Translations under genes and position numbers: made by a program
Notes under the pieces: model-generated
Databases searched by the model: none
What the model was told of the DNA's origin: nothing
What the model saw: only the letters and a program-made list of their open reading frames with translations
Part shown: positions 10,289 to 19,475 of the stretch, piece by piece
Layout of the letters: each line of letters starts with the position of its first letter
Numbering within the stretch: the first letter of the stretch is position 1
Assembly (NCBI GenBank): GCA_037444305.1
Contig: JBBIMP010000030.1
Location: 346 to 64,345 of the forward strand
DNA length: 64,000 nt
Source: Acidobacteriota bacterium
GTDB taxonomy: Bacteria; Acidobacteriota; UBA6911
Direction of reading: 5' to 3'

Positions 10289-10499
10289 CCCTGGTAATGA
10301 AGGAAGCCGTCGGTAGATGGAGAACTGCCCCGCCCCATGCTTCCGGTCAATAGTGTAATATCTTTATCCATAGCAGAGCAGTTGAAGGCAGACCGGTTCG
10401 CATTAGGTAGCACAAATCCGGCAGCGGCGCACCTAATATTTCGCACCCTTTTTCGCGGGCCGGCGGGAGATTCGACGAAAGGGCGCGGGAGGACGGTCC

Positions 10500-11405
10500 A
10501 TGAAAATTCTCGTCTCCGGAGCATCGGGGCTGGTAGGATCCCACCTGGTCCCTCACCTGAAAAATAAGGGCCACGACCTGCACCGTCTTGGGCGTAAGGC
10601 CGCGGCGGGGGCTGGGGAAGTACCCTGGAACCCGGCGGCGGGGGACCTGGCCGCAGGCAGTCTGGAAGACTTCGACGCGGTGGTTCATCTCGCCGGCGAA
10701 AGCATTGCCGGAGGCCGCTGGACCGAAGCAAAAAAGCGAAGAATTCGTGACAGTCGCGTTCAGGGGACAGGCCTCCTGGCCCGGAAGCTGGCCGGCCTCC
10801 AGGCGCGCCCGATTGTATGCGTCTGCGCTTCAGCCATCGGTTATTACGGGGATCGGAAGGATGAGGCGCTGGCAGAGGACAGCGGGCCCGGAGAGGGATT
10901 TCTGGCCGAAGTCTGCCGGGAGTGGGAGGAGGCTGCCCGTCCTGCGGCAGAGGCAGGAATCCGACTGGTGAACCTCAGAATAGGCATCGTTCTCAGTTCC
11001 AAAGGAGGCGCGCTCGCGAAGATGCTCACGCCCTTCCGGCTGGGCATCGGGGGGATGACCGGCAGCGGACGGCAGTACATGAGCTGGGTGGCGCTGGACG
11101 ACCTGGTACGCATCATCGACTTTGCCGTTGCCACCGATGACCTCAGCGGACCGGTCAATGCGGTCGCGCCGAATCCGGTGACCAACGCCGAGTTCAGCCG
11201 GACGTTGGGCCGCGTCCTGGCCCGGCCCTCGCTGCTCCCGTTTCCCTCCATCGCGGCAAAGCTGCTGCTCGGCGAAATGGCCGAGGAATTGCTGCTGGCC
11301 AGCGCGCGGGTCCAGCCGAAGAAACTGCTCGAGGCGGGGTACGGCTTCCGGCATCCCGACCTGGAAGGAGCACTCCGCTGCGCCCTGGCGAGACAGTCCC
11401 ACTAG
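10500..11405 (+). CDS. TIGR01777/YfcH-type NAD-dependent epimerase family protein (C-terminal DUF1731)
   Basis: MKILVSGASGLVGSHLVPHL is a Rossmann GxxGxxG motif. The C-terminal region (...FRLGIGGMTGSGRQYMSWVALDDLV...) is typical of the YfcH family. Confidence 0.75.
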   Translation: MKILVSGASGLVGSHLVPHLKNKGHDLHRLGRKAAAGAGEVPWNPAAGDLAAGSLEDFDAVVHLAGESIAGGRWTEAKKRRIRDSRVQGTGLLARKLAGLQARPIVCVCASAIGYYGDRKDEALAEDSGPGEGFLAEVCREWEEAARPAAEAGIRLVNLRIGIVLSSKGGALAKMLTPFRLGIGGMTGSGRQYMSWVALDDLVRIIDFAVATDDLSGPVNAVAPNPVTNAEFSRTLGRVLARPSLLPFPSIAAKLLLGEMAEELLLASARVQPKKLLEAGYGFRHPDLEGALRCALARQSH

Positions 11406-11509
11406 CTCGGAATTTTCGTGAAATAGGGGGCAGAAAAATCATTGGACGCGGATGAACGCAGACCCACGCGGACAGAGGAACACTGAATCCGTGTGCAGGG
11501 CATTTGCCG

Positions 11510-11606
11510 CCTTTCTTTTCGGGTGAAGGCTGTCGAGCGCTGCCTTTGGTGTTCAAGGAAATGATTCATGAGGAAGCGTTCGACAGCCTTCACCCGAAAA
11601 GAAAGG
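11510..11606. repeat. 97-nt element with 32-bp near-perfect inverted repeats (31/32) flanking a 33-nt loop
   Basis: Arm1 is 11510-11541 (cctttcttttcgggtgaaggctgtcgagcgct). Arm2 is 11575-11606; its reverse complement differs by one base. Two further short GC hairpins follow at 11606-11660. Confidence 0.6.
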
Positions 11607-11715
11607 CCGGCGCGTAGCGCCGGGCCCTGCGGGCCGGCAAAAGCCCTGCCGGCGTTCTTCCGCGTCCCAAAGGCCTTCTTTCCTGAACGGATCTCCGTGT
11701 GCCCTATTTTGGAGG

Positions 11716-12396
11716 TTGATTGCGATGTCATCGGTTTTTGCGCCTGCACCTGATTCACGCCTGGAGTTCAGGCCCGCCGCGCACGGCCTCGAAGAGGCCA
11801 CGCGCGCCTTCTACCGGCGGGACACCCCTACCGTCGCCAGGGACCTGCTCGGCGCATGGCTCGCGCGCTGCCACCGGGGAAAATGGTACGGTGCAAGAAT
11901 CGTGGAAACCGAGGCGTACCTGGGCGCGGCAGACCGGGCCGCACACTCCTGGGGAGGTCGCCGCACGCCGCGCGTGGAACCCATGTACATGGACGGCGGG
12001 CACCTCTACGTCTTCTTCGTCTACGGCATGCACCACTGCGCCAACATCGTCACCCGGAAGGAAGGAATGGCGGAAGCGGTTTTGCTTCGTGCGGCGGAAG
12101 GCCCGCCGGGAACTCCCCTTCGCCTGATGGCCGGCCCCGGCAGGTTGTGCGCGGCCCTCGGCATCACCCGGGATGCGAGCGGATTTGATCTTCTTTGCGG
12201 AGGGGAGATCCGCCTCTTCACCCGGCAGGGCCCGCCGCCGAAGATCGAAGTCAGCGCGCGCATCGGCATCGCGTACGCGGGCGAGGCAAAGGACTGGCCC
12301 CTGAGGTTCTGCCTCGAGGATTCGCCGGCGCTGTCGGGCAGAAACCTGAAGGATCCGGACGAACGCGGGAAATCGCGTTCGTCCGGATCCCGTTGA
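11716..12396 (+). CDS. mpg: DNA-3-methyladenine glycosylase (Mpg/AAG family)
   Basis: The motifs ARDLLGAWL...IVETEAYLG..D.AAHS...GHLYVFFVYGMHHCANIV are diagnostic of the MPG family. Confidence 0.8.
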   Translation: MIAMSSVFAPAPDSRLEFRPAAHGLEEATRAFYRRDTPTVARDLLGAWLARCHRGKWYGARIVETEAYLGAADRAAHSWGGRRTPRVEPMYMDGGHLYVFFVYGMHHCANIVTRKEGMAEAVLLRAAEGPPGTPLRLMAGPGRLCAALGITRDASGFDLLCGGEIRLFTRQGPPPKIEVSARIGIAYAGEAKDWPLRFCLEDSPALSGRNLKDPDERGKSRSSGSR

Positions 12397-13908
12397 TCAG
12401 GGCTTGGGATACGCCATGGTGGCCGGATCGGGCAGCGGAATCCGCGTGACCTTGCCCTTGCTGATTTTCTGGAAGGAGTATTCCGGCTTGTCCGGGTCCC
12501 CCTTCTGAATGTCGTCCACGTTGCCCACCGCCAGGATGACCAGGTTCTCCGGGTGCAGGTACTTGCGCGCCACCCGCTGGACATCATCCAGCGTGACGGC
12601 GCGTATCCGGTCCCGGTATTTGTCCCAATAGCCGGCCTCGCGCCCGGTGAATTCATCGGCCGCGAATGTCCCCGCGACCGCCGATGCCGAAGAAAACAAC
12701 TGGCTGAGCGTCTCCACCGCGCTGGTCCTGACCGTGTCCAGTTCTTCCTGCGAGACCTTTTCGTTCCGGATCCGCTCGATCTCGTCCAGAACGATCTGCG
12801 TGGCCTGGGCCGCGGTAGAGCTCTTGCTCTGGAACGCTGCCCGGAACTGCCCCTCGTAATAGATCCCGGCAGAGAAGCCGGAACCGGCGCTGTAGGCCAA
12901 GCCTTCGTCGGAGCGGACGCGATTCATGATTCTCGAGGTGAATCCGCTCCCGCCCAGAATGTCGTTCATCATGTCGACGGCAAACTCATCCGGGTTTCCC
13001 CGGAGGATCCCGCGGTGACCCAGGGAGACGCGGGCCTGGTTGACGTCCGCCTTGTGGACCATGTACACGCCCGGGACAGGGGTCTGGGTTGGTTTTGGAA
13101 CTGCAGCGGCGGCTCCCGGCGGCTTGGGCCAGTCGGCCATGGCGCGCTCGAGCTTCGCCTTGAGCTCCGCGGTCTTGAAATCACCCGAAACGGCGAAGAT
13201 AAAATTCCCCGGGTGGTAGTGCTGCGCGTGAAAAGCGGCCATGTCCTCGCGGGTGATCGAGGAGACCGAGTCCCGCGTGGGCAGCCGGTTGGTGAAGTGC
13301 TCATCCCCGTAAATGAGGCGCCCCCACTCCCTGGCCTCGATGGCGTCGGTGCGGTCGTTGCGCCTTTCCAGCTGCTGGATCACCTGGCTCTTGTAAAGGT
13401 CGAGCCGGTTCTGCTGGAACGCCGGGCGGCGCAGCATCTCGAAGAAGAGTTCCAGCGCTTTGTCGGTGTCCTTGGTGAGGAAGTTCACGGAGGCGCCGCC
13501 CGAGGTGCTCCCGATCGAGCTGGAGATGGCGGCCGCCAGGAAATCGGCCTCCTCGTCATATTCCTCGGCCTTGTAGCCCGCTGTCCCTCCGGCACGCATC
13601 TGGCTGCCCACCGCCGAGGCCAGGCCCTGTTTCCCTGCGGGATCCAGATAGGATCCGACCCGGATGGTGACCGCTATGTTGACCAGCGGCAGTTCATGGT
13701 CTTCCACGAAATACCCGACCACGCCGTTGGCCATGACCTGCCGGTGTTTGGCGGCCTGGGGCGGCGTGTACTCGAGCGGTTTGTACTGGAGTTCATTCGG
13801 GTGCGCGGGCACCTGTGCCTGCTTCTGGAGTTGAGCCTGCTGTGCGAAGGAAAGAACCGTGCCGGCCAGCAGGCAGGCGAGTGCGACGACGATTGTCGCT
13901 CTTCTCAT
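12397..13908 (-). CDS. M16 family peptidase, non-catalytic (M16B-like) subunit, secreted
   Basis: Signal peptide MRRATIVVALACLLAGTVLSFAQQ. It has the insulinase-like fold but lacks the HxxEH motif. It overlaps the upstream M16 gene by 4 nt. Confidence 0.7.
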   Translation of the reverse strand: MRRATIVVALACLLAGTVLSFAQQAQLQKQAQVPAHPNELQYKPLEYTPPQAAKHRQVMANGVVGYFVEDHELPLVNIAVTIRVGSYLDPAGKQGLASAVGSQMRAGGTAGYKAEEYDEEADFLAAAISSSIGSTSGGASVNFLTKDTDKALELFFEMLRRPAFQQNRLDLYKSQVIQQLERRNDRTDAIEAREWGRLIYGDEHFTNRLPTRDSVSSITREDMAAFHAQHYHPGNFIFAVSGDFKTAELKAKLERAMADWPKPPGAAAAVPKPTQTPVPGVYMVHKADVNQARVSLGHRGILRGNPDEFAVDMMNDILGGSGFTSRIMNRVRSDEGLAYSAGSGFSAGIYYEGQFRAAFQSKSSTAAQATQIVLDEIERIRNEKVSQEELDTVRTSAVETLSQLFSSASAVAGTFAADEFTGREAGYWDKYRDRIRAVTLDDVQRVARKYLHPENLVILAVGNVDDIQKGDPDKPEYSFQKISKGKVTRIPLPDPATMAYPKP

Positions 13909-15638
13909 AAGGCACCTCCATCATTTTTGATCTTCTCTTCGAGCAGCTTCTTCATCCTCTCCATCAGCGGACGCATCTCCGGAGGCGCCGCGGCGCCCTG
14001 CGTCTCGATCTGCTGCAGCACCTGCCTGGCCTGTTCGACGCTCATCTGCGGCAGCATGGCGCGAAACTGCCTCAATTGCGCCTTCTGCTGGTCGTTGAGC
14101 CCTTCGAAGAGCGGATCTTCCTCCGTGGTCTCTGATTTCTTGGTGTAGTAGATCGCCACCGCGCGGTTTTCGGGCTTGAAGTACTGGATTGCGATCCTTT
14201 GAATGTCCTCGGCGGTAACCGCCTCGATCTTCTTCGGATCCTCGTTGAAGCTCTGCCAGCCGCGGTTGTTCTCCGCCAGCAGCAGCTGCAGCATCAGGGC
14301 GAAATTGCTCTGCAGCCTGCGGAAGTTCCCCGCCGCAAACTGGTTCTTCACCTTCTGGAGCTCTCTCTCTCCCACCTTCTCCTGCTGGAGTTTTTCGAGC
14401 TCCTTGTAGAGGGCTTGCTCCACCTCCTCGGGCGTGTGCCCCGGCTTAGCCGTGCCGCTCATCGAGAAAAATCCCTGCCACTTCATCGACCGCTGGCCGG
14501 CGCCGGCGTTGTTGGCCAGCTGCTGATCCAGCACGACCGACTTGTAGAGCCTGCCGGTCCGGCCGCTCATGAGGGAACCCAGCACGGTCAGCGCCGCGTC
14601 ATCGGCGTGGCCGTCAGCCACCGTGTGATAGCGGATTTCGACCTCGGGGGTGGTCTCGGCCCACGCCAGCATCCGCTTCTCGGCTTCCTGCGGAATCTCC
14701 CGGGTGCGGACCGGCGGCACCTGCTGCGGATGGCGTTTCAGACGGCCGAAGTACCGCTCGGCGAGCACCTTGGCCTCGTTCACATCAAAATCCCCCACGA
14801 GGCAGGCCGCAAGGTTGTTGGGGGCGTAGTTCATCTCGAAATAGGCCGCGGCCTCTTCGCGCGACAGGCCATCCAGATCGCTCGGCCAGCCGATGACCGG
14901 CCACTTGTACGGGGAGGCGGTCCAGAAGAGGGCGTTGAACTCCTCCTGGAACTTTCCTGTCGGGGTGCTCTCCACGCGCAGCCGGCGCTCCTCGTGAACG
15001 ACGTCCTTTTCGGCGTAGAATTCCCGGAACACCGGATTCAGCAGCCGGTCCGACTCCATCCAGAACCAGAGCTCCAGCTTGTTGGCCGGAACGTTGATGA
15101 AGTAGATAGTGAAATCCTCCGCCGTCCCCGCGTTCATCCCGCTGGCCCCGGCTGAGGTGTAGATCCGGTCGAACTCGTTCTTGACGATGAGTTCCTTCTG
15201 CCTGCGGTTGAGCTCCGCCATCCGGGCCAGGAGTTCGGTGTGTCTCGCCGTGCGGTTCTTCGGGTCCTTCAGGTCGGAGATTTCACCGAGTCGGAGCCGG
15301 TCGATCTGGGCCAGCTGCTCCTTCCGCAGCTCTGCGGCGACCGCGTCGATCTGCTCCATCAGTCTCAGATCCTCGGCTATGTTCCGGGTCCCGATGGCAT
15401 GCGTCCCCTTGAACATCATGTGCTCGAAGACGTGCGACAGCCCCGTGATCCCGGGCCGCTCGTTTACCGAGCCGACTTTCGCCACCCATCCGGCGGCCAC
15501 GTTGGGGTCGCCTTTGCGGGGGACCATGAGGAGCGTAAGACCGTTGTCCAGCACATACTCCTGCACTTCCACCTGCTGGGCGCACAGCGGAAGTGCGAGC
15601 CCGGCGGTAAGAAGCGCCGTGAGAAAAAGTCGTTTCAT
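13905..15638 (-). CDS. M16 family zinc peptidase (pitrilysin-like), catalytic subunit, secreted
   Basis: The inverted zinc motif HxxEH (GLSHVFEHMMFKGT) is present. Signal peptide MKRLFLTALLTAGLALPLCAQQ. A strong AAGGAGG ribosome-binding site precedes the ATG at 15638. Confidence 0.8.
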   Translation of the reverse strand: MKRLFLTALLTAGLALPLCAQQVEVQEYVLDNGLTLLMVPRKGDPNVAAGWVAKVGSVNERPGITGLSHVFEHMMFKGTHAIGTRNIAEDLRLMEQIDAVAAELRKEQLAQIDRLRLGEISDLKDPKNRTARHTELLARMAELNRRQKELIVKNEFDRIYTSAGASGMNAGTAEDFTIYFINVPANKLELWFWMESDRLLNPVFREFYAEKDVVHEERRLRVESTPTGKFQEEFNALFWTASPYKWPVIGWPSDLDGLSREEAAAYFEMNYAPNNLAACLVGDFDVNEAKVLAERYFGRLKRHPQQVPPVRTREIPQEAEKRMLAWAETTPEVEIRYHTVADGHADDAALTVLGSLMSGRTGRLYKSVVLDQQLANNAGAGQRSMKWQGFFSMSGTAKPGHTPEEVEQALYKELEKLQQEKVGERELQKVKNQFAAGNFRRLQSNFALMLQLLLAENNRGWQSFNEDPKKIEAVTAEDIQRIAIQYFKPENRAVAIYYTKKSETTEEDPLFEGLNDQQKAQLRQFRAMLPQMSVEQARQVLQQIETQGAAAPPEMRPLMERMKKLLEEKIKNDGGAL

Positions 15639-15675
15639 GCCTGCCTCCTTCGAATCAGGAGTTACGGTTGTCAAA

Positions 15676-17106
15676 TCAGCGCTTCACCGGGCCCGGCCGG
15701 CCGGCGGTTCCGGTCTCCGGTTCGCGTGTGCGCACCAGCGGCATCATCAGGCAGTGGGGCCCGCCATTGCGAATCGACAGGAGTTCCCCGTCGAAGGCGA
15801 GCACTTCTACGCCGGCCCGCCGCAGAGCCGCATTAGTGTATTTGTTGTGCTCATACGCCAGCACCCTGCCGGGCCTGAGCTGGGCTACGTTCACGCCCTG
15901 CCAGCGCAATTCGTAAAGTGCCCTTTCCATAAGATGCTTCTCCGCCGGGAGATCTTCCCGCTCGCCCCCGGCGAAGACCACCGTCCAGCCCTGGGCGCGC
16001 GCGTAATCGACCAGCTTCATGTCCAGCGCCACCGGCTTTGCGGTGCCGGCCTCGTATTTCGTCAGCCAGCCCACGTCCGCCAACACCTCGAGCGTGGTGC
16101 GCAGCTGCCGGGAGTCGCCCGTCCGCTCCCCTTCCCGGTGTGCCAGGATCTCGTCGGTCTGGCGCGCCAACCCCGAAAGCATACCCCTGACCGGATTCCC
16201 CGCGGCGTAGGCCTTTTCGAGAAAATAAGGAACCGCTACCGCCTTGTCCCGGTCGACCAGGTTGAACATGGAATCGAGATGGAGCAGCTGCCTCGTCAAC
16301 CCGTTGGGCTTGTCGCGCGGGGGCATGCTCACGGCGATGACGTCCATTCCCAGCTTCGAGGCCAGCAGCGGGGCCGCCTTGGGGTCGCTCCTCTGGCCCA
16401 CGCCTACAAGGAGCGTCTTTTCATCCTGGACGATCACATCCCCCCCGTCCAGCAGGACGCCCTCCTCCCCGGCATCGAATAACACGGGGAATGCCTTCAG
16501 GGCGGTGGCGTGGCGGAAGATCATGCGGGCGATGGCGTTTTCCATCGTGCGCCCGAAGTGCCGGCCGTTGCCGATGATCACGCCCCTGGGTGTGGATATG
16601 GCAAAGTCGCGCGCCCAGTACATCGAGCTGAGCGGCAGGAAGAGCGGGTCGGCCTCGCCATCGGGGCCCCGGTTGTAGAAAAACCCGTCCGAAATCTGAA
16701 GAACGGCATCCGCGTCGACTTTGTCCAGGTGCGGCATGATGCGGTCGGCCTGCGAGGGATAGGACTGCCGGATCCAGGCCTCCAGCTTTCCTTCCTTCCG
16801 GGCGTGGTTCAATGCGTCTTCCAGGAGGTCCCGCACCTGCAGGACTTCGATCCCCTCCCGCTCCAGCAGGCTCACGAAAGCGCGGTGTTCGCGGATCGTC
16901 CCCGGCGGAAGTCCCTTATTGAAGATCGGGTGGATGGAGGACCCCATTTCGGTTGACTTGTAGATCGTTTCGTCAACCGACATAACAATGACGGTTCGCA
17001 GGACCTCATAATCCGCCTGCACACCGCGAATCTCCTCTGCTGGAACCCGTGCGGCCACAAGCGAGGTCATCAGCAGAAAAATGAAAATTCCATGGTGTAG
17101 TTTCAT
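15676..17106 (-). CDS. Arginine deiminase-like / amidinotransferase-superfamily protein with a signal peptide
   Basis: The C-terminal catalytic-Cys motif NGGPHCLMMPLVR resembles the arginine deiminase GGxxCMxxPxxR motif. Signal peptide MKLHHGIFIFLLMTSLVAARVPAEE. 476 aa. Confidence 0.55.
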   Translation of the reverse strand: MKLHHGIFIFLLMTSLVAARVPAEEIRGVQADYEVLRTVIVMSVDETIYKSTEMGSSIHPIFNKGLPPGTIREHRAFVSLLEREGIEVLQVRDLLEDALNHARKEGKLEAWIRQSYPSQADRIMPHLDKVDADAVLQISDGFFYNRGPDGEADPLFLPLSSMYWARDFAISTPRGVIIGNGRHFGRTMENAIARMIFRHATALKAFPVLFDAGEEGVLLDGGDVIVQDEKTLLVGVGQRSDPKAAPLLASKLGMDVIAVSMPPRDKPNGLTRQLLHLDSMFNLVDRDKAVAVPYFLEKAYAAGNPVRGMLSGLARQTDEILAHREGERTGDSRQLRTTLEVLADVGWLTKYEAGTAKPVALDMKLVDYARAQGWTVVFAGGEREDLPAEKHLMERALYELRWQGVNVAQLRPGRVLAYEHNKYTNAALRRAGVEVLAFDGELLSIRNGGPHCLMMPLVRTREPETGTAGRPGPVKR

Positions 17107-17200
17107 AACCTGGGTCTTTCTTTCATGAGAACAGCCCTCTTACGGCGAGCGGACAGGATCCGTCTTCGCGTCTTGGCGCCTTTGCGTTGAAGAACTAAAC

Positions 17201-19441
17201 TCAGCGCATGGTGCTCGTCGGGCCTTCGGGCAGCTTGCCGCCCAGCAGCGTGCGCACCCAGAAATCGTGCGTCTCACGCGTGGCGTGACTTCGCTGCGAA
17301 GCCTGGATCCCGTGACGGCTGTCGGGGTAGAACATCAGTTCGAACCGTTTCCCGTTGCTGGTCAGCCAGTCCACCACCTGCATGGTGTTCTGCATGTGGA
17401 CATTGTCGTCTATGGTGCCGTGCGTGATCCTCATGAGCCCCTTGTACCTGTCGATCCAGGTCAAAACGGCCCCGTTTTTGTACCCCTCGGGATTCTCCGC
17501 GGGCGTGTCCATGTATCTCTCGGTATACACGGTGTCGTAGAGGCGCCAATCAGAGACCGACGCCCCTGCCTGCCCGAAGTTGAAGTGGTCGGCGCCCTGG
17601 GTGAGCGCCAGCATCGTCACGTAGCCGCCGTAACTGCTCCCCGTGATGCCGATCCTGTCCTTCGCCACAAAGGGTCTGGTTCGCAGCCATTCGGCCGCCT
17701 TGGTGTAGTCCGCCATCTCCCACTTCCCCAGGTTCCGGTGCATGAGCGCCGTCCCCCTTTTCCCGAAGTGGCCGCTGCCGCGGTGATCGACGCTGAAGGT
17801 GATCACGCCCCGCTGAGCCCAGTAATGGGCCGCAAGGCCCGGCCACTGATTGTGCACCCTGCCGGCATCGGGTCCGCCGTAAATGCTGAAGATGACGGGA
17901 TACTGCCGTCCGGGATCAAAATCCACCGGCAGGATCCAGTAGGCCGGAAGGTCGAATCCGTCCCCGGAGGGGATAGTGAAAAGCTCCGCCTTGCCCCAGG
18001 CGTATTCCTCCATCGCCTTGGTGCGGGAGTCCCCCAGGCTGCGCACGAGCGACCCGTCGCCCCGGTGGAGGCTCATCGCGGGCGGGCTCGTCAGCGTGCT
18101 GACGGTGTCGATGAAAAACTTTCCTCCGGGTGACACCTGGGCGCGGTGAATCCCGTCCCCCTGCGTGAGCGTTGCCATACCCGTTCCGTCCAGTTTTACG
18201 CGCATCAACTGGGCGTCCGAGGTGCGGCCCGGCCGGCCCATGAAGTAGACGTAGCCGCCGGCTTCGTCCACCTCGGCGATCGAGTTGACCCGCCATGCGC
18301 CCGAGGTGAGCCGTTTTTTCAGGGTGCCGTCGTTGTTGTAATAGTAGAGGTGGTCCCAGCCGTCCACATTCGACCGGAGCAGAAATCCGCTGCCGTCCTT
18401 GAAGTAATGGATGTCCTCGAAAAAGTCCACCCACGATGCCTGCTTTTCCTCGAAGATCGCCTTCTTCGTGCCCGTAGCCGGATCACAACTGTAGAAACGG
18501 ATCGTGTCCTGTCCGCGGTTCATCCACTGCACCGTGAGCGTCCTGCTGTCCCTGGTCCAGAAGGGCCACGCAATGTAATGGTCTGCCTTTTGCTCGAAGT
18601 CCAGCCAGACGGTTTTTCCCCGCGCCACCTCGACCACTCCCATGGACACCCATGGATTCGGGTCCCCGGCTTTCGGATAACGCTGCCTCTCCAGCGTTCC
18701 GTGCTGGCCGTCGGCGTGGTAGATGGGGAATTCCGGCACGGGATTGTCGTCGAAGCGCATGTAGGCCAGTCGGGAACTGTCGGGGGACCACCAGAAAGCC
18801 GCGTAGCGTGAACTGCGCCCCAGGATCTCCTCGAAGTACACCCAGGAGGCCCAGCCGTTGTAAACGAGATCGCCGCCGTCGGCGGTGTACTGGTGTTCCA
18901 CGAAATTTTCCAGGTCGTAGCCGAAGAGGTTGCCGCCGCGCGTGTAGGCGATCCACCTGCCGTCCGGGGAGAACCTGGGGTTCTGCTCCTTACCGGGCGT
19001 AGCCGTAAGCCGGCGGAAGGCGGTGGAAGCCGAGTTGTAGAAATAAAGATCGTCGTTCTGGTCGAAAATGAACCGGGCCAGGTCTTCGGTCATTGCGGCT
19101 GCCCGCTCGGCGCTGAATCCCTGGGGCAGATGTCTCTGTACCTCGCTGTAGTCCCGGTATATGCGCGCGCTGCCATCGGCCGCGCTGACGGCGTACACCT
19201 TCCTCTGTTTGTCCGCCGGGTCCGTGCGCGTCTCCAGATAGTGATCGCCATCCGCCCAGCCGCTGATCTGGGGGAGCCGGCCCACGATCTCCGTACCGGG
19301 TTCGCGCGCCGCCTCCGCGCCCGCCGGGGCGAAGACCTGGTCGTAGCTGAAGAACTTCCTGCCGGGGCTCTGTGCGGGGAGGAAAGGAAGGACGACGGCG
19401 AGCAGAGCGACGATTGCGATCGAGCGATGTGTCTGTTTCAT
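17201..19441 (-). CDS. S9 family dipeptidyl-peptidase (DPP-IV-like beta-propeller plus alpha/beta-hydrolase)
   Basis: GxSxGG nucleophile motif GITGSSYGGY. An N-terminal propeller region. Signal peptide MKQTHRSIAIVALLAVVLPFLPAQ. Confidence 0.8.
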   Translation of the reverse strand: MKQTHRSIAIVALLAVVLPFLPAQSPGRKFFSYDQVFAPAGAEAAREPGTEIVGRLPQISGWADGDHYLETRTDPADKQRKVYAVSAADGSARIYRDYSEVQRHLPQGFSAERAAAMTEDLARFIFDQNDDLYFYNSASTAFRRLTATPGKEQNPRFSPDGRWIAYTRGGNLFGYDLENFVEHQYTADGGDLVYNGWASWVYFEEILGRSSRYAAFWWSPDSSRLAYMRFDDNPVPEFPIYHADGQHGTLERQRYPKAGDPNPWVSMGVVEVARGKTVWLDFEQKADHYIAWPFWTRDSRTLTVQWMNRGQDTIRFYSCDPATGTKKAIFEEKQASWVDFFEDIHYFKDGSGFLLRSNVDGWDHLYYYNNDGTLKKRLTSGAWRVNSIAEVDEAGGYVYFMGRPGRTSDAQLMRVKLDGTGMATLTQGDGIHRAQVSPGGKFFIDTVSTLTSPPAMSLHRGDGSLVRSLGDSRTKAMEEYAWGKAELFTIPSGDGFDLPAYWILPVDFDPGRQYPVIFSIYGGPDAGRVHNQWPGLAAHYWAQRGVITFSVDHRGSGHFGKRGTALMHRNLGKWEMADYTKAAEWLRTRPFVAKDRIGITGSSYGGYVTMLALTQGADHFNFGQAGASVSDWRLYDTVYTERYMDTPAENPEGYKNGAVLTWIDRYKGLMRITHGTIDDNVHMQNTMQVVDWLTSNGKRFELMFYPDSRHGIQASQRSHATRETHDFWVRTLLGGKLPEGPTSTMR

Positions 19442-19475
19442 GGTGTTCTTCTCCGGTATAGGCATACCCAGCATT

